A stretch of DNA of 64,000 bases from Batkoa obscura. Taxonomy: Eukaryota. This document shows positions 1 through 14,238 of the stretch, piece after piece. The stretch's first letter is position 1; each line of letters begins with the position of its first letter. Both the position numbers and the translations under genes were made by a program. Under the pieces are notes generated by a model, which saw nothing but the letters and a program-made list of their open reading frames with translations, had not been told where the DNA came from and did not search any database. The stretch is from the NCBI GenBank assembly GCA_030770535.1, contig JASVEC010000001.1:1674001-1738000 (forward strand), given 5' to 3'.

Positions 1-658
1 GTAACTCATCCCAGTTTTTTTTATAGATTCCCATTGAATTTAAATAAACGCGATCATCAGTATACACCCTTTCTATTATTGGATTTCACTAATAATCCGT
101 CTCACATTATAAACTATTAAAGATTAATATAGAAAAATCGAAAATCAACTTGTTTTATTTTCAGTTAAAATTTGTTAATACGCGTATTCAATTTATTACT
201 AATTTTAGTAAGTTTCAAGATTTTTTGTTATTAAAATTTAAAGAAGATTCTTTTTTTTAATCAATATTAATGAACCTAATAGAATTATATTTATAATAAA
301 AGAATGAGGAATGAGTGTGTTTGTTAAGTGATTATATGATCAAATTATAAGGTGAATTATAAACTGATGGTTTATTTATAAAATATAAGTTAAATATAAT
401 TATAAATATTAAAGTATTTTAAAAATAGTAATTACCGTATGATAATTTATAAATTAATAACAAATGCGATGAAATATATGACCAAAATAGTTTAAGAATA
501 AATTAGGGTAAATTAACTGATTTAATATTATTTCTTTTATATTAAAAAATTTAATTTAAGCATTTCAATCATTTAAAAAAATAGACTGAAATAAAAAAAC
601 GAGCTTTATCCTTTTTAACATTTTCTTTTTTTAAATATTTAATTCATCATCTACATTC

Positions 659-2431
659 ATGTCTATTAAACAAATCATACTAACCAGCAGTAATAATTAT
701 AATACAACAACAGCAACTAATAAATTAAGTTATCGTTGTGATCAATGTAATCATCGATGTATAAAATGTGATAAAAAACAACCAAAATGTAGTAGTTGTA
801 TAACAGCTAATATTGAATGTACTTTATTACGTAGAATAAAAAATAAAAAGCAATTAGCTCACATACAAGGAATAATAACATTTGATTCAACAAATAAAAA
901 TAATAAATTAAAGTATCAACAATATCAGCAATCAGAAAATATTCAATCGAATTCAAGGACAATACAAAATAAAGATATTGATATTATTATTAATTTAATG
1001 CATGAAATAAAAAATAAAAATATATTGTCCAATTTATTAACTTTATTACAATATCCTAATTATTCTATACCAAATAAAGGAATTCAATTTTTATTAAGTT
1101 TATTAATTCAATTAAAATTAAAAGTTAATAATAAACAACCTAAGTTAATTGTAAAAGATATAAAATTCAATTATCAATTGAAATATAATTCAGTATTATC
1201 AGAAGCAATTAATTTATTTTTTAAATATAAAAATCAATTATTTTGTTGTTTATTAATAGAAAAAAAAGATTATAATAATTTATCATTAAATTTAAAATTA
1301 ATTATATTATCTTTAGGTCTATATTATCAAAATAAAACAGAAACAGTAACTCAATTACTCAATTATTTAAGTCATCAATTATATCTACGTTTTAATAATA
1401 TTCTTTCTATTCCACCTACATTAATTAATATACAAACTATATTATTATTATTAAATTTAAGATGTTTTAAATGGGTGAATCAATTCTATTCTTATTTATT
1501 ATATTATTGTATGTCATCAACTTATGTCTTAGGTCTTCATTTACCAATCAAATCAACGAACATAAAGTTCAAATTATCACGTCAATTAATCTTTAATTAT
1601 TTAGGTTTTCATACAGCTTATACTTCTATATTAACTTTTTCTTATATACCTGTATTTGTACCTTATAAATCTAAATATCGAATTTATCATCAATTAAAAG
1701 AGAGTTCGATTTTAGATTCATTGAAAAAGAAAGATATTGGAGATACTGAGGGTTCAATTCAATATACATTATTATTTAATGATTATTTAGCGGATTTAGC
1801 ACCAATCTTATTGAAATGTAGTATCTTAAAAGATCAAGTTATTAAAAAAAAAGAAGATTTTAATAGTTTATTATTACAAATATTACAATTATTCAAAAGA
1901 ATTGAAAAATCAAAAAAACAATATTTGAATTTATTAATTACCTGGAATAATAATAATTCTTCCACTACATCCACTTCTCAAATCCTACAATCGATGCAAC
2001 AAAATATTTTAATCTTATCTCATTATGCTACTTTTTTTTTATATTCTTTAAATTTTTATCATTCTAATCCATTAGCATCTAAACTTAAAAAGAAATCTTT
2101 CCAGCTTATTTCTTCCTGCTTTCCACACATTAATTCCACTTATAAAAATTTATTACAATTATGTTTTTATGAAGTGAAACAAGTGATCATTTCATGTTCT
2201 CAATTAAATGGTTATTATTTTGAACATGTATTAGTAACTATGTTAGTTCAATGTATTGTATTTTTAATTCGATTTCAAAAGGAAGAAGAAGCGGAGTTGG
2301 AGAAGATGGAAGAAGCATTGAACTTAGCACAAGAAACAATGACAAGATTAAAACAATTTCCTCATTTAATGTCCTTGGTTGAGTATAATAATTCATTTTT
2401 AAATCAATTAAATAAGGTGGAAGTAAATTAA
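659..2431 (+). CDS. Zn(II)2Cys6 fungal transcription factor
   Basis: 590-aa intronless ORF; N-terminal CDQC-x6-C-x6-CSSC-x6-C binuclear cluster followed by a hydrophobic middle region. Confidence 0.85.
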   Translation: MSIKQIILTSSNNYNTTTATNKLSYRCDQCNHRCIKCDKKQPKCSSCITANIECTLLRRIKNKKQLAHIQGIITFDSTNKNNKLKYQQYQQSENIQSNSRTIQNKDIDIIINLMHEIKNKNILSNLLTLLQYPNYSIPNKGIQFLLSLLIQLKLKVNNKQPKLIVKDIKFNYQLKYNSVLSEAINLFFKYKNQLFCCLLIEKKDYNNLSLNLKLIILSLGLYYQNKTETVTQLLNYLSHQLYLRFNNILSIPPTLINIQTILLLLNLRCFKWVNQFYSYLLYYCMSSTYVLGLHLPIKSTNIKFKLSRQLIFNYLGFHTAYTSILTFSYIPVFVPYKSKYRIYHQLKESSILDSLKKKDIGDTEGSIQYTLLFNDYLADLAPILLKCSILKDQVIKKKEDFNSLLLQILQLFKRIEKSKKQYLNLLITWNNNNSSTTSTSQILQSMQQNILILSHYATFFLYSLNFYHSNPLASKLKKKSFQLISSCFPHINSTYKNLLQLCFYEVKQVIISCSQLNGYYFEHVLVTMLVQCIVFLIRFQKEEEAELEKMEEALNLAQETMTRLKQFPHLMSLVEYNNSFLNQLNKVEVN

Positions 2432-2600
2432 TTGATAAATGACGTGAGATTCGCTTTTTTTTTTAGTAAAGGAATAAAATCATAAAACAATAAAAGAAAG
2501 TTGGAAATTTTGTTTAGTTTTTTTGTTTTTTGCTTCTTTTTAAAAAAAGTAATTTGAATATTTGATGTATTATAAAAATATTAAAATAATTGTATTATAG

Positions 2601-5600
2601 ATGAGTGAAGAAACAGATTTTAATGAGTTACAAAAGGTAATTTTTGTACTAAATTAACTCAAACTATTAAGAGTTAATATTAATAAAAAATAGACATTTT
2701 TGAAAAATTCAAAACTTGAAGATTCAGATTTTTTAGCTTGGTTAAAACAAACTTATCTTCAACCAGATAATAAGATTCCTATTGAATGGTTAGATAAATT
2801 TCAAAGGTAAAATTTATTAGTTTTTATTATCATCAATTAAATCAAAACTAATAATAATAATAATAATAATATATTTTTCTTATATCCATTCAAATAGTCA
2901 TGATTTTTCCAGTAAATTTGATAATCCAGAAGCAGTATTAGAAGAATATGAATTATTACTTCCAACACAAAATGAAGAAGAAGGAGTCAATTTATCAATG
3001 GAATTAAATTTTTTACATGATCAAAAAGATTTCAAAGTTTTAAAATTTCAAGAGGTAACTTTATTAAATATATTCATCAGTTTAATTAAAATAATAATAA
3101 TAATAATTAATTTTTATATTGAATAAAGGACTTTATTGAAGATAATTCACTTCCGTCAAGTAATCATGTTACAAATACTCAACGTCAAGTTGGTAAAAAT
3201 TTTATTCGGGGTAGTTTAAATCAAGCACCTTTTTTACCAGGTAAATTATGAACTACTATTAAATAATGAAAAAAATTGTTATGAGTAATATTTATTTTAG
3301 GTGGTTTTGAATTGGAAGAATTAATAAATGAAAAAGAAGATAATTTGGAAGATTTATTAGATTCTATTGAAGGTTTACAACATTCTGGTGAGTAATTTAT
3401 TCCTTCTTTAATAATAATATAATTTAAATTAATAATTAACTATCCCCTAATATTAATAGATCAATATAAACATAAATTACCAGAATTGGAAAGAGGAATT
3501 TATTTTAATGAAAATGAAGAAACAAATGAAAATAAAATAAATGAGTTTGAAGATAAAGATAAAGATAAAAATAAAGATTTTTCAATAAATAATGAAAATT
3601 TTGATTTAGATGATATTATGGGTAATTTTGATGAAGATGATTTATTTTTAAATTTAGAACCGTCAGATCAAGTAATATTTTTTATTATGTTTTAATTTTA
3701 GTTTTAATTTTAGTTTTAATTTTATTAATGAATTATGTAAATTTTATTAAATAGGAAGAAGAAGAGATTGTTGAAAAAGATAAAGAAATATTAGAAGAAA
3801 TTAATCAAGAAGAATTAGAAAAAGAACAAAAGGATTCAAATATAATTGAAAATAAATCACAAGAAAAAGAAGATGAGCTTGATCTTATTATACCAGATGA
3901 TGTAATTTGATATAAATAATAATAGTAATGATAATTAATTAATTTATTTATTTATTCCCAACATTTAGGAAATTAAACTCTACACTAGCAACAACGACCA
4001 TACCATAGAACAAAATGAATGGGCTCATAAAGTTGAATTACATCAATTACCCATCGATTATTCTTCAGTAGTACCAAAATTAGCTCATGAAGTAAATATA
4101 ATAATTAAACTCATTAACTTCTTCATCTTAATTTAATTTAATTTATATAGTTTCCCTTTGAACTTGATTTATTCCAAAAACATGCTGTATATCATTTAGA
4201 AGCTGGTAATAGTGTCTTCCTTGCTGCCCATACATCTGCAGGAAAAACAGTAGTAGCCGAATATGCTATTGCCTTAGCTATGAAGCATATGACGAGGGCC
4301 ATCTATACTTCCCCAATCAAAGCATTGTCAAATCAAAAATTTCGAGATTTTAAAGGTACTTTTGAAGAAGTGGGTATCTTAACTGGAGATGTACAAATCA
4401 ACCCAGAAGCTTCTTGTTTAATAATGACAACTGAAATTTTAAGGTCTATGTTATATCGTGGTGCAGATGTCATTCGAGATGTAGAATTTGTTATTTTTGA
4501 TGAAGTACATTATTTAAATGATTCAGAACGTGGTGTTGTTTGGGAAGAAGTGATTATTTTACTTCCATCTCATATTAATATTATTTTACTTTCAGCAACG
4601 GTACCAAATACAATGGAATTTGCTGAATGGATTGGAAGAACAAAAAAAAAAGATATATTTGTTATATCTACATTACAAAGACCAATTCCATTAGAACATT
4701 ATATTTATGCGGAAAAAGAATTATTTAAAATTGTAGATAAATCAAAAACTTTTATTGAAGCTGGTTGGAGGGCAGCGAAAGAAGCTTTAAGTGGTGGTAA
4801 AGATAAAGATTTACCATCTAATCAACAACAACGTGGAGGAGGAAATTCAAGAGGGCGAGGCCAACCTAATCGAACCCATGTGACACAATCTTTGACAAAG
4901 AATATCTTCCGATCTAATGATAAACAACAACAAAATTTATGGGTACATATGATTGGGTTTTTAAAAAAGAAACAATTGTTACCTGTGATTATTTTTACCT
5001 TTAGTAAAAAAAGATGTGATAGTAATGCAGCTAATCTGCCCAATTTGGATCTTACTAGTAATACAGAAAAATCAGAGATTCAGGTATTTGTTAGTAAATC
5101 ATTAAATAAATTAGCTCCTAAAGATAGATTGTTACCTCAAGTGTTGAGAGTTAAAGAGTTATTAAAAAGAGGTATTTCAGTACACCATTCAGGATTACTA
5201 CCAGTAGTAAAAGAAATGGTAGAAATATTATTTTCTAAAGGATTAGTTAAGGTATTATTTGCAACAGAAACTTTTGCTATGGGTGTCAATATGCCAGCAA
5301 GGTCTGTAGTTTTTAATTCGATAAAAAAGCATGATGGTATTGAACTACGTTATTTATTATCTGGAGAATATACCCAAATGTCAGGAAGAGCAGGTAGACG
5401 TGGGTTAGATAAAGTAGGAATGGTAATCTTAGCTTGTCCTGATAATCATCCACCTGATATGGCTACTTTAAAAACGATTATATTGGGAAAATCTAATCGA
5501 TTGTCATCTCAATTTCGATTGACTTATAATATGATGTTAAATTTATTGAGAGTTGAAGCGCTTAAAGTAGAAGAAATGATCAAAAGATCCTTTGCTGAAG

Positions 5601-7277
5601 ATGGGAATCAACAATTGATGCCACAAAAGGAATTAGAAAAAAAGAAGTTAATGGGACAAATGAATCAAATTAATGAATTACAATGTGATATTTGTGGGGA
5701 TTTACAAGAGTTTATTGGAAATTGTATTGAACTTCAAGAAACTACTCAAAAATTATTTGATGTTATTATGAGTACTCAGTACGGGAAAAGTGTGTTTTGC
5801 CAGGGAAGAGTGATCCTTTTGGATCATCCTAATTATCGAGGGAATTTGGCAGTGATTATCAAAATGACCCAGAATAAAATGAAATCTTTGTTGAATAATA
5901 GTAGAGAAAATAAAGCAAATAAATCTTTCCTTTGTTTTATTTTAACGGATAAAAAACAAATGGAACAAAAGATAAGTGGTATACCATTTACTATGATTCA
6001 ATTAATGGAAGAGCCTCATCATGCATTGGCAGAAATTGAAATTAATAATATTCAAATGGTAACTAAAAAAACAATAGAAGTTAATAAAACTAAATTATTA
6101 GCGGGGAATAAATTAATTATTAATCAATTACAAGAAGAATTAATTTCATTAAATAAACAATACCAACAATCAAAAAAAGAACTTATTATTGATTTCCCAG
6201 CCATTAAAAGTATGAATTTTTTTGAATTAAAAAATCAATTTTTATCAAAATATCAACAATTGCCACAATATCAATGCAATAAATGTCCCGATTTAAAATA
6301 TCATTATAATCAAGAATTTGAAAGAAGAATGTTAAATATTCGAATTAATAATTTGGAATCTGCTTTATATGGATTAAATTTAGATCTTTTACCAGAATAT
6401 TATAAAAGATTAGATGTATTAACTTATCTTGGATTTTCAGATGGAATCTCAGTTACTCTTAAAGGGAGAGTTGGATGTGAGGTAAGTGAATTTTATTCTA
6501 TGAAAATAATTTTAAGAAAAGGTATTAATTAATATTTTTTTCTTAATTTAGATCAATTCTGTTAATGAATTAGTAGTTACCGAATTAATATTAGATAATT
6601 TTTTTGCACGATATGATTCAGAAGAATCGGTAGCTTTATTATCTTGTTTCTTGTTTCAAGAAAAAAGTATGTATACTATTGATGAACAAGAAGAGCCTGT
6701 ATTGACTCCTAAATTATTAAAGGTAAAATCTAATAGTTTTAAGATTCCAAGATTCCAGTTTGAATTTTAGAGTTTTGTGATTTATTAGTAATTTCTATTA
6801 TAATATAGGGTTGTGATGAAATTGTAGCTATGTGTAGCAAAGTTGCTGATGCAATGATTCATTGTCGCTTAAATATTGATATGGAAGAATATATTAAGAG
6901 TGTGAATTTTGGATTGGTTCATGTAGTTTATGAATGGGCTAGAGGCATGGTAAATTTCACTTTTTAAATTAATAATTAGTAATTCGTTTTATTAATTCAT
7001 CTCTCTTTTTTTGTTTAGTCGTTTAATCATATCACTACAATTACAGATGTGGCAGAAGGTAGGTGTTTTTATTTTGAAGATAAATGATTTTAATTTATTT
7101 AATTTATTTATTCTTTTAGGTTCTATTGTAAGAACAATAACTAGATTAGATGATACTTGTAGAGATGTTAGAAATGCAGCTCGATTAATTGGAGATAATG
7201 AATTATATGCTAAAATGGAAGCAGCAAGATTATTGATTAAAAGAGATATTGTATTTGCTACTAGTTTATATTTTTAA
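2601..7277 (+). CDS. SKI2: Ski2-like DExH RNA helicase (multi-exon)
   Basis: ATG 2601, many GT-AG introns; motifs AAHTSAGKT, YTSPIKALSNQK, DEVH, SAT, QMSGRAGRRG; C-terminal KRDIVFATSLYF; N-terminal FIRGS..PFLPGG-type segment typical of Ski2. Confidence 0.92.
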
Positions 7278-7409
7278 ATAAAAAGAAGAAGATAAATAAA
7301 TAAATAAAAGATACAAAAAATAAAGTTTTAAACAGTAAGCTAAATTGTTTTTAACATTTTTATTATTTTTAATTTCAAATCAAACAACTCTGCTTCAAGA
7401 AGTTTATTT

Positions 7410-7508
7410 GGGGATGTATTTTTTGTTTAAGAATTTTACTAACAATCTTTCCACTCAAATAGTGCTTAAAAGATGGAGAAAGTGATGAAACTAAAAAAAA
7501 ACATCCCC
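7410..7508 (-). mobile_element. ~98-bp MITE, family A (Sola2-like termini)
   Basis: GGGGATGT...ACATCCCC termini, ATTT/ATAT flanks, shared internal sequence with the other copies; lies between the converging SKI2 and P450 3' ends. Confidence 0.85.
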
Positions 7509-7535
7509 ATATTATTTAATTCCAAAATTCAAAAC

Positions 7536-9664
7536 TTAAGATTTATCGCCATCCACTAAAAGTTCACCTTTAGCTTTTAAAATTAAATTATTAATCCCAT
7601 ATAATTGTAAGTTGGGGTCTTTTAAACTTAATTCAAAAGAATAAACTAAAGAAGCTGTAATATTATATAATTGATACCAAGCCAATCTATGTATAGTTAA
7701 AAGAGTGTATGTTGATTAGTAAATATGTTATGTGATAATAAAGATGAAAGGCTTACGTTCTACCAACACAACCTCGTGGACCTAATGAGAAGGGATAATA
7801 AGCTTCATGATTAATAAATTTGTTTTCACTATTGATCCAACGTTCAGGGATATAATCATTTGGATTCGGGAAATATTTTTCATAGCGCTGTAAACAATAA
7901 TAACTAGTACCAACAGTAGTCTAATTCAAAATTAATGAATATTAATATTAATATTAAATTGATTTTTTTTAGATTATTAAATATAAACTTACCCCTTCTG
8001 GTATATAATACCCTGAAACAGTGGCCCCACCGATCGGTGATGATCTTGGTAACATAATAGCTGCTACTGGATATAATCTCATACCTTCACAAATGACTGC
8101 ATTTAAATATGGACATTCATTTTTACATTGATTATAATTGATTTCTTCTACGGAATTGAATTTATTTTTTAACTCGTTTTTAAGTTTATTGTATACAGTT
8201 TTATCCTTTAATAAGAGATAGAAAATCCTAATAAGGAATGTTATAGATAAAGTTATTTTATATTTCTATTTATAGTTAATTACCATGATAAAGAATTGGC
8301 GGTGGTATCAATACCAGCTCCACTAAAAAAATTGATAAATATTATATTAATAAGAGATATAATAATTAATAACTTAATGAAACTTACAGTTGTAAAACAA
8401 TTTCTTCAGCAACTTCACGTTCATTTAATTTATTACCACTTTCACTATCTTTAGCTTCAATAAAAAAATCCATGATACTTTTACGGTCAGAACTGGGGTT
8501 ATATGTTTCAATTTGTTTGTAAGTGAACTAATGAAAGTTGAGATTAGTATTTATGGTTTATAATTATAGACTATTAAAATTACTTGAAATAAATTTTTAA
8601 TACCAGAATCAGTATAAATATTTATAGCGGGTAAAACACCTCTCTATAATTATATTATTAATGTTATTATTAATGTTAGTTTATAACTTACTAATATGGA
8701 ATGAAAAAAATAAGTATCAATCCAATGAATAATTGGATGATCACTTCCTTTTAATATATCAAAGGATTTATTAAATAATAACATGCCAGTTACATCCTAA
8801 ATATAATATAAAATAAAATAAAATATTAATATACAAATAACACAATTAATACATTATAAATATTATTAATTATTATTATTAACTTACAAAAGTAGTATAA
8901 TGAAACCATAAACCCAAATCAATTTTAGATTGATTTTCTAAGGCATTTTCAATTCTTTGAATTAAAGGTAATACACCAGCTTGTTTTACTTTAGGTTCTA
9001 ATTGTTGTAATTTACTATCGGAAAAACTTGGAGCTAAAATCTTTCTCTATTAAAATTAAAATCAGTATTTATTAGTTTGTATTTCTTTTTAAATAAAATG
9101 AAATTCAACTTACTCTATTACGATGATGTTCTTTGTTCCTAAACAAACACAAGTATAAGTAATTATTATTAATATCAAATTAATAAATATTTTAAACTTA
9201 CAATGTACTAAACGTTGTTTCCCCAGCTCTATGAAAGCCAGAATATAAAGTATCTTTTGGAAATTTATAAGTGGAATATATTTCTTTACATGCTTCTAAA
9301 TTATTAAATGAGACTACACCCCAACCTAAAATGGTGACATTAATAAATACTCATTTATTAATTATGATTCTATTATAATAACTTACTAACTCTAACTACT
9401 TCACCATAATATAAATGTAAATAATAAACTAATAAATGATCTAATCCAGCTACTTGAATAAAAATATAGATAAATGGAAATATTTGTAATATTATTGGAG
9501 ATGGTATCTCTTTTAACGGAGTAACAAAGAGATTGTAATAAACCTAGATAAAGTTCAAGGCTATAAGTTAATAGGTTAACTGATAAATTAAAATTGAAGT
9601 TTACTTTATAAAACCAAATAGCGATTAAACTTAAACCCAAAATCTTTAAAAGATCGAGAAACAT
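7536..9664 (-). CDS. Cytochrome P450 (multi-exon)
   Basis: N-terminal anchor MFLDLLKILGLSLIAIWFYK; I-helix GAGIDTT; ExxR (EGMR); PERW; heme motif FSLGPRGCVG at about 7760-7790; stop at 7536-7538. Confidence 0.9.
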
Positions 9665-10890
9665 TATTTTCAAAAAAAGAGAATTAAAACAATAAATATG
9701 CTTTTTAGTCACTTTATATACTTTTTTAATTGGAGATTAAAATCCGAATTTTCATGCAGTTATTAATAGAATAATCACAACTTTTGAATTTTATATTAGG
9801 AATTTATTAACTTATTTTATTATTTATAATAATTTATTTATTTATTTCATTTCATTATGTTATTGATTATTATTTTATTAGAACTGTCATTCCGCTTAAC
9901 GCCCCTTTTTTTTATTCTTAAATAATTTCCAAATTTCCAAAAAATCATACTTATGAAATATCTGCTGGTAACTATTTTTTTAATTAGAAATAAAGTTTCA
10001 AATGAAATAATTTAATAATTTACCACCATCTTCATCTACTTTGTTTAGTAATAAAATCATCTTAAATTTTCAAAGGAGGCATTAATCAATGCATTGATGA
10101 AAAAATAAGGGAGTTGATCCAGTTTTGAATTTATGTTAAAAGTTCGACATTTTAAAAAAGAAACATAAATGTTTAAGTTAAGCTATTAACTGACTTTAGT
10201 TAAATAAGAAATTTATAATAATGTCATCATTTAAAGTAGCAACATATGAATAAAAGGACACATTTTTGTATTTGAAAGTAAAGCATTTTGTCTGAATAAA
10301 ATTTGATTCTCTTTTTTAAAAAAAGAGTAACTTATTAAATTCCTGTTCTATATTGATTAGATTAGATTAGGTTATTATTTTTAATTCTTTTCAACTTATA
10401 TGTTAATTTTAATATTTCAAATAAAATTAAAAACAAGGAATATTTACAATTAAAAATAGTTAAATAAAAATAAAAGGATCAGTTGTACGGTTTTAAAGGT
10501 AAATCGATTGATACTTTGATATATGAAAATGAAGGACAAAATACTAGTTAGGATTGTAGATTATATATGTATATTTATAAACCAGGTTTAAGTTCAAAAT
10601 TTATAAATTTAGTTTTTTAGTTTTAATTTGACTTTTGCAATTTTTGCAATGCATCTATTTTTAAAAAAATCACTTTCACTGCTAACAACTCAATTTCACC
10701 AACTAACAGTTCAGTAAAATTTTAACCAAAACTCATTTCAGTATTGTTTAGTGAATTGATTAAAATATTTTGGGCAAAAAATAGTAATTTTAAAAATGGT
10801 TTCGAAAAAAATAGGTAAAAAAATTAGTTTCAAAAAAATAACTACTCTTCACTCTAATTTCAATCCCTTTTAAAAAAAAAGTAAAGATAA

Positions 10891-11602
10891 ATGAGTACCG
10901 AACCCCAAAAAGTAACCCATCCTAATCTTTAGCTATTTACACTAACTCATTTTCTAGCCCATTGATCTTACTAATGAGATTTCGGATTCCACTTCAGAGC
11001 GTGTGGATCATATCACTTATAAGATCTCAGCATTAATGAAAGCATTAGATGATAAAGATAACAAGTCATTCGAAAGTCATATAGCTCATACCACAAATCA
11101 TATACAAGATAAAGTAATACCAAAGTTAAGTCATCAACAAGCTAGTCAAATATTAAATCAATTGTTTGAAAATGTATCTCAACCTTGTAAAAGTATTAAA
11201 GTTCATTTACGTTGGGCTCAGCAAATTTTAAAATTTCATCATGTTAGATTAAGTGAGGTAAAGTTTATATTAGATTAACTTTTAATATTCTATTCTATTA
11301 TATTTTATTTTATTTTAAAAGTGAAAGAAATCGAAATCGAAATCTTTAAAAAAAGTATTAAAATAAATTTTATGTAACTTATATTTTTTAAAAAATAGGA
11401 ATCTTGGGTACTCGATAGCTTAAATTTATTTATCAGTAACAGTGATACTCGAGTAGAAATGAGTAATCTATTATCTAAGATAGAAAGTCGATTTGATCTT
11501 ATCTTTGCCCAAAAAAGTTTACAAAAAAACCATGAGTTATTTGCTAGAGAAACCAATAAAAGAAAAAGAGATTTAGAAAAGGATCAACTTATGGATGCGT
11601 CT

Positions 11603-11640
<38 letters not shown>

Positions 11641-11782
11641 ACTTTATCAAACTTGGAATGAAAATGATTTATTGGAAGAATATGATGATTCAGAATATGA
11701 ATCTTTATCTGATACGGCTCCAGATGTTAAGGATAAATTAAAGTTTAGGAAAACTCAAGAGGAGAGTGATGATGAAGAATAG
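10891..11782 (+). CDS. Small protein with a Dip2/Utp12-like helical domain and acidic tail (3 exons)
   Basis: Spliced ORF (introns about 10912-10958 and 11258-11398); pattern KALDDKD..FE...I..L..QQA..IL..L...P......L.W...IL..H; poly-E/D tail. Confidence 0.5.
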
Positions 11783-12286
11783 ATAGAAAATAGAACGCTT
11801 ATTATTGTATTAGACAAAAAATTTAAAGAGGGTTATATGATTTTTAAATAAATTAAGATTATAAGAATTAGAGTATGAGTTTTTAATATGGAGTGTTATT
11901 ATGTGTTTTATTTAACAGTTATAGAATATTATTGTTTAATGCTATTTATGGATTATAGATATTATAAATAATTTATGATTTTTTTATAGAGATAGTAATT
12001 TTCTAAATTTAGTATATGTATGTAATACAATTTTATAACTACTATTTCGCTTTTATTTAATAAAATTTTAAATGGATAAAATTTAATTTGTATTAAAATC
12101 TTTATCACTATTCAAATGATAAAAGTTAAGAATAAAAAAAATAACCGTTTGAAAATGGTACCATTTACTACTAATAATAGCTAATTTGTAATAGTAAATA
12201 AATACACAAGCTAACTTTTTTTATTTTATTCTTTATAACTTTTTTTATTTTATTCTTTATAACTTTATTTTTACTAAAGGCAAAAA

Positions 12287-13916
12287 ATGACAACCACAGA
12301 TACCATTACTACTCCAACTATTTCAAATGAGAATTTATCTTTACTACAAAAGTATATACCAATTATTCATTGGTTACCAAAATATCAATGGAAAACGGAT
12401 TTACTACAAGATTTTTTTGCTGGTATAGGTAATCAATAACGATTCCATTTTATTTAGCCCAACGACTAACCTAATCTATTAGCCTTATTAGCTGTAGTTA
12501 TCCCTCAGAATATGGCTTATTCCAGTTTAGCAGGTAAATTTTACATTCTATTCAAACTAAAATATAAAATATAAAAAACATTCAATTCTAATCCTCAATT
12601 TCTCAGGCCTTCCACCATACTACGGATTATACACTTGCTTAATGCCTGTGTTAATCTATATCATATTCGGCTCCGGCTCCTTTACTGCAGTTGGAACCTT
12701 CTCATTAATAGCTATCATGGTAAAACAGGGTTCTGATATCATCTATCAAAATATTCATAATATACCTATTGAAAATATAGCAGTAGATGATACATATATG
12801 GAAATTATATTTGCATTAACATTTTGGGTTGGACTATTACAATTTTTTATGGGGATGTCGGGTGTAGGTAAATTTATTACAAAATATCTCTTACCTACCC
12901 CAGCTATCAAGGGTTTTATTACTGCTTCTTCATTAACTATTATTACGACTCAATTGTCACCTGCACTTGGATTTAGTATTCCTAAATTAGATCTCCCATT
13001 TCCAATATTTTTTAAATGGTTTTATGCTGTAACTCATTATCAACAAACTAATTTATTCACTTTTTCATTAGCTTTGGGATCTATTTTAGTTATACTTTTA
13101 GTACGTCAATTGAATTCCAAATTAGAACAAAGAGTGGGAAATAATTTAGAATTAACCCCTTTATTAAATTCAAATAATACTACAAGAAGGATAAAATCCA
13201 TTAATTTACCAGACATATTAATAATAGTTATATTATCTACATTAATTGTAAAAACTTTACGATTAGATATTATAGGTCAAGTCTCCATTGTTGGTACGAT
13301 ACCAAAAGGTTTACCCAATTTTCAAATGTTAAATTTAAGTTATATTACCAACCCAGCATATATCATACATTTTCTATCCCCAGCATTAACAATTGCAGGT
13401 ACTGGTTATGTAATTACAATCTCTGCAAGTAAAGCTTATCAATCAGAAGGTTATTCTAAATTATCTGAAGATCAAGAGTTGGTCGCTATAGGTATATCCA
13501 GTGTGATTGGTAGCTTCTTTAATGCTTATGCCAATTGTGGATCTTTATCAAGAACTGCAGTAATGGTAAGGGCTAATGCCAAATCTCAATTAGCTCAATT
13601 AATCACTACTATATTATTATCAATTACTATGCTTTATTTTACACCTTTATTTTATTACCTACCAAAAGCTTGTTTGGCTGCTATTGTACTAATTGCTTGT
13701 CAAGCTCTGTTAAAAGATCTGTTAGACTTTCCTCAAAGATTAAGAAATCAATTTACAATAGATGGGAATAACAATGGCGAAAGTCTAATTGATTTTGCTA
13801 TGTGGTTGGCAATGACTTTATCCGCTTTAGCTCTTGATCTTCAAAGAGGTTTAATTTGGGGTATTGGTATTGTTGTTTTGTTACAATTGATTCCTCAAAG
13901 ATTTTTAGAGCGTTAA
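12287..13916 (+). CDS. SLC26/SulP anion (sulfate) transporter, transmembrane domain only
   Basis: PIIHWLPKY, QDFFAG, IPQNMAYSSLAGLPPYYGLY, GFITA, QELVAIG, GSLSRTAV, PKACLAAIV motifs; two short 5' introns. Confidence 0.88.
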
Positions 13917-13929
13917 TTAAATAATAAAT

Positions 13930-14028
13930 GAGGGTGTTTTTTTTGACTTCATCACTTTTTCCATCTTTTAAGCGTTATTTGAGCGGAAAAATTGTTGGTA
14001 AAATTCTTAAACATAAAAAAACATCCCC
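13930..14028 (+). mobile_element. MITE family A
   Basis: GAGGGTGT...ACATCCCC, perfect AAAT target-site duplication. Confidence 0.88.
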
Positions 14029-14238
14029 AAATGTAGCTAGTAGTTAATATGATAATCTTAAAATTTAAATAAAACTAAGAACTATACAAAATTATATTAA
14101 TATCAAAAATAAATATTTATATTTTAATTTATTTCTAAAAAAGTTACTTAAAAAACTGTTTCATCTGCCATCACTTCACCTATGAAAGAATCATCCCATA
14201 GTTAAATTGAAAATCTCTTCCGTCATTCTTTATCTTTA

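Noticed and set aside
659..13916. Zn2Cys6 TF + P450 + transporter as a secondary-metabolite cluster
   Set aside because: No backbone synthase, and interleaved with housekeeping genes such as SKI2
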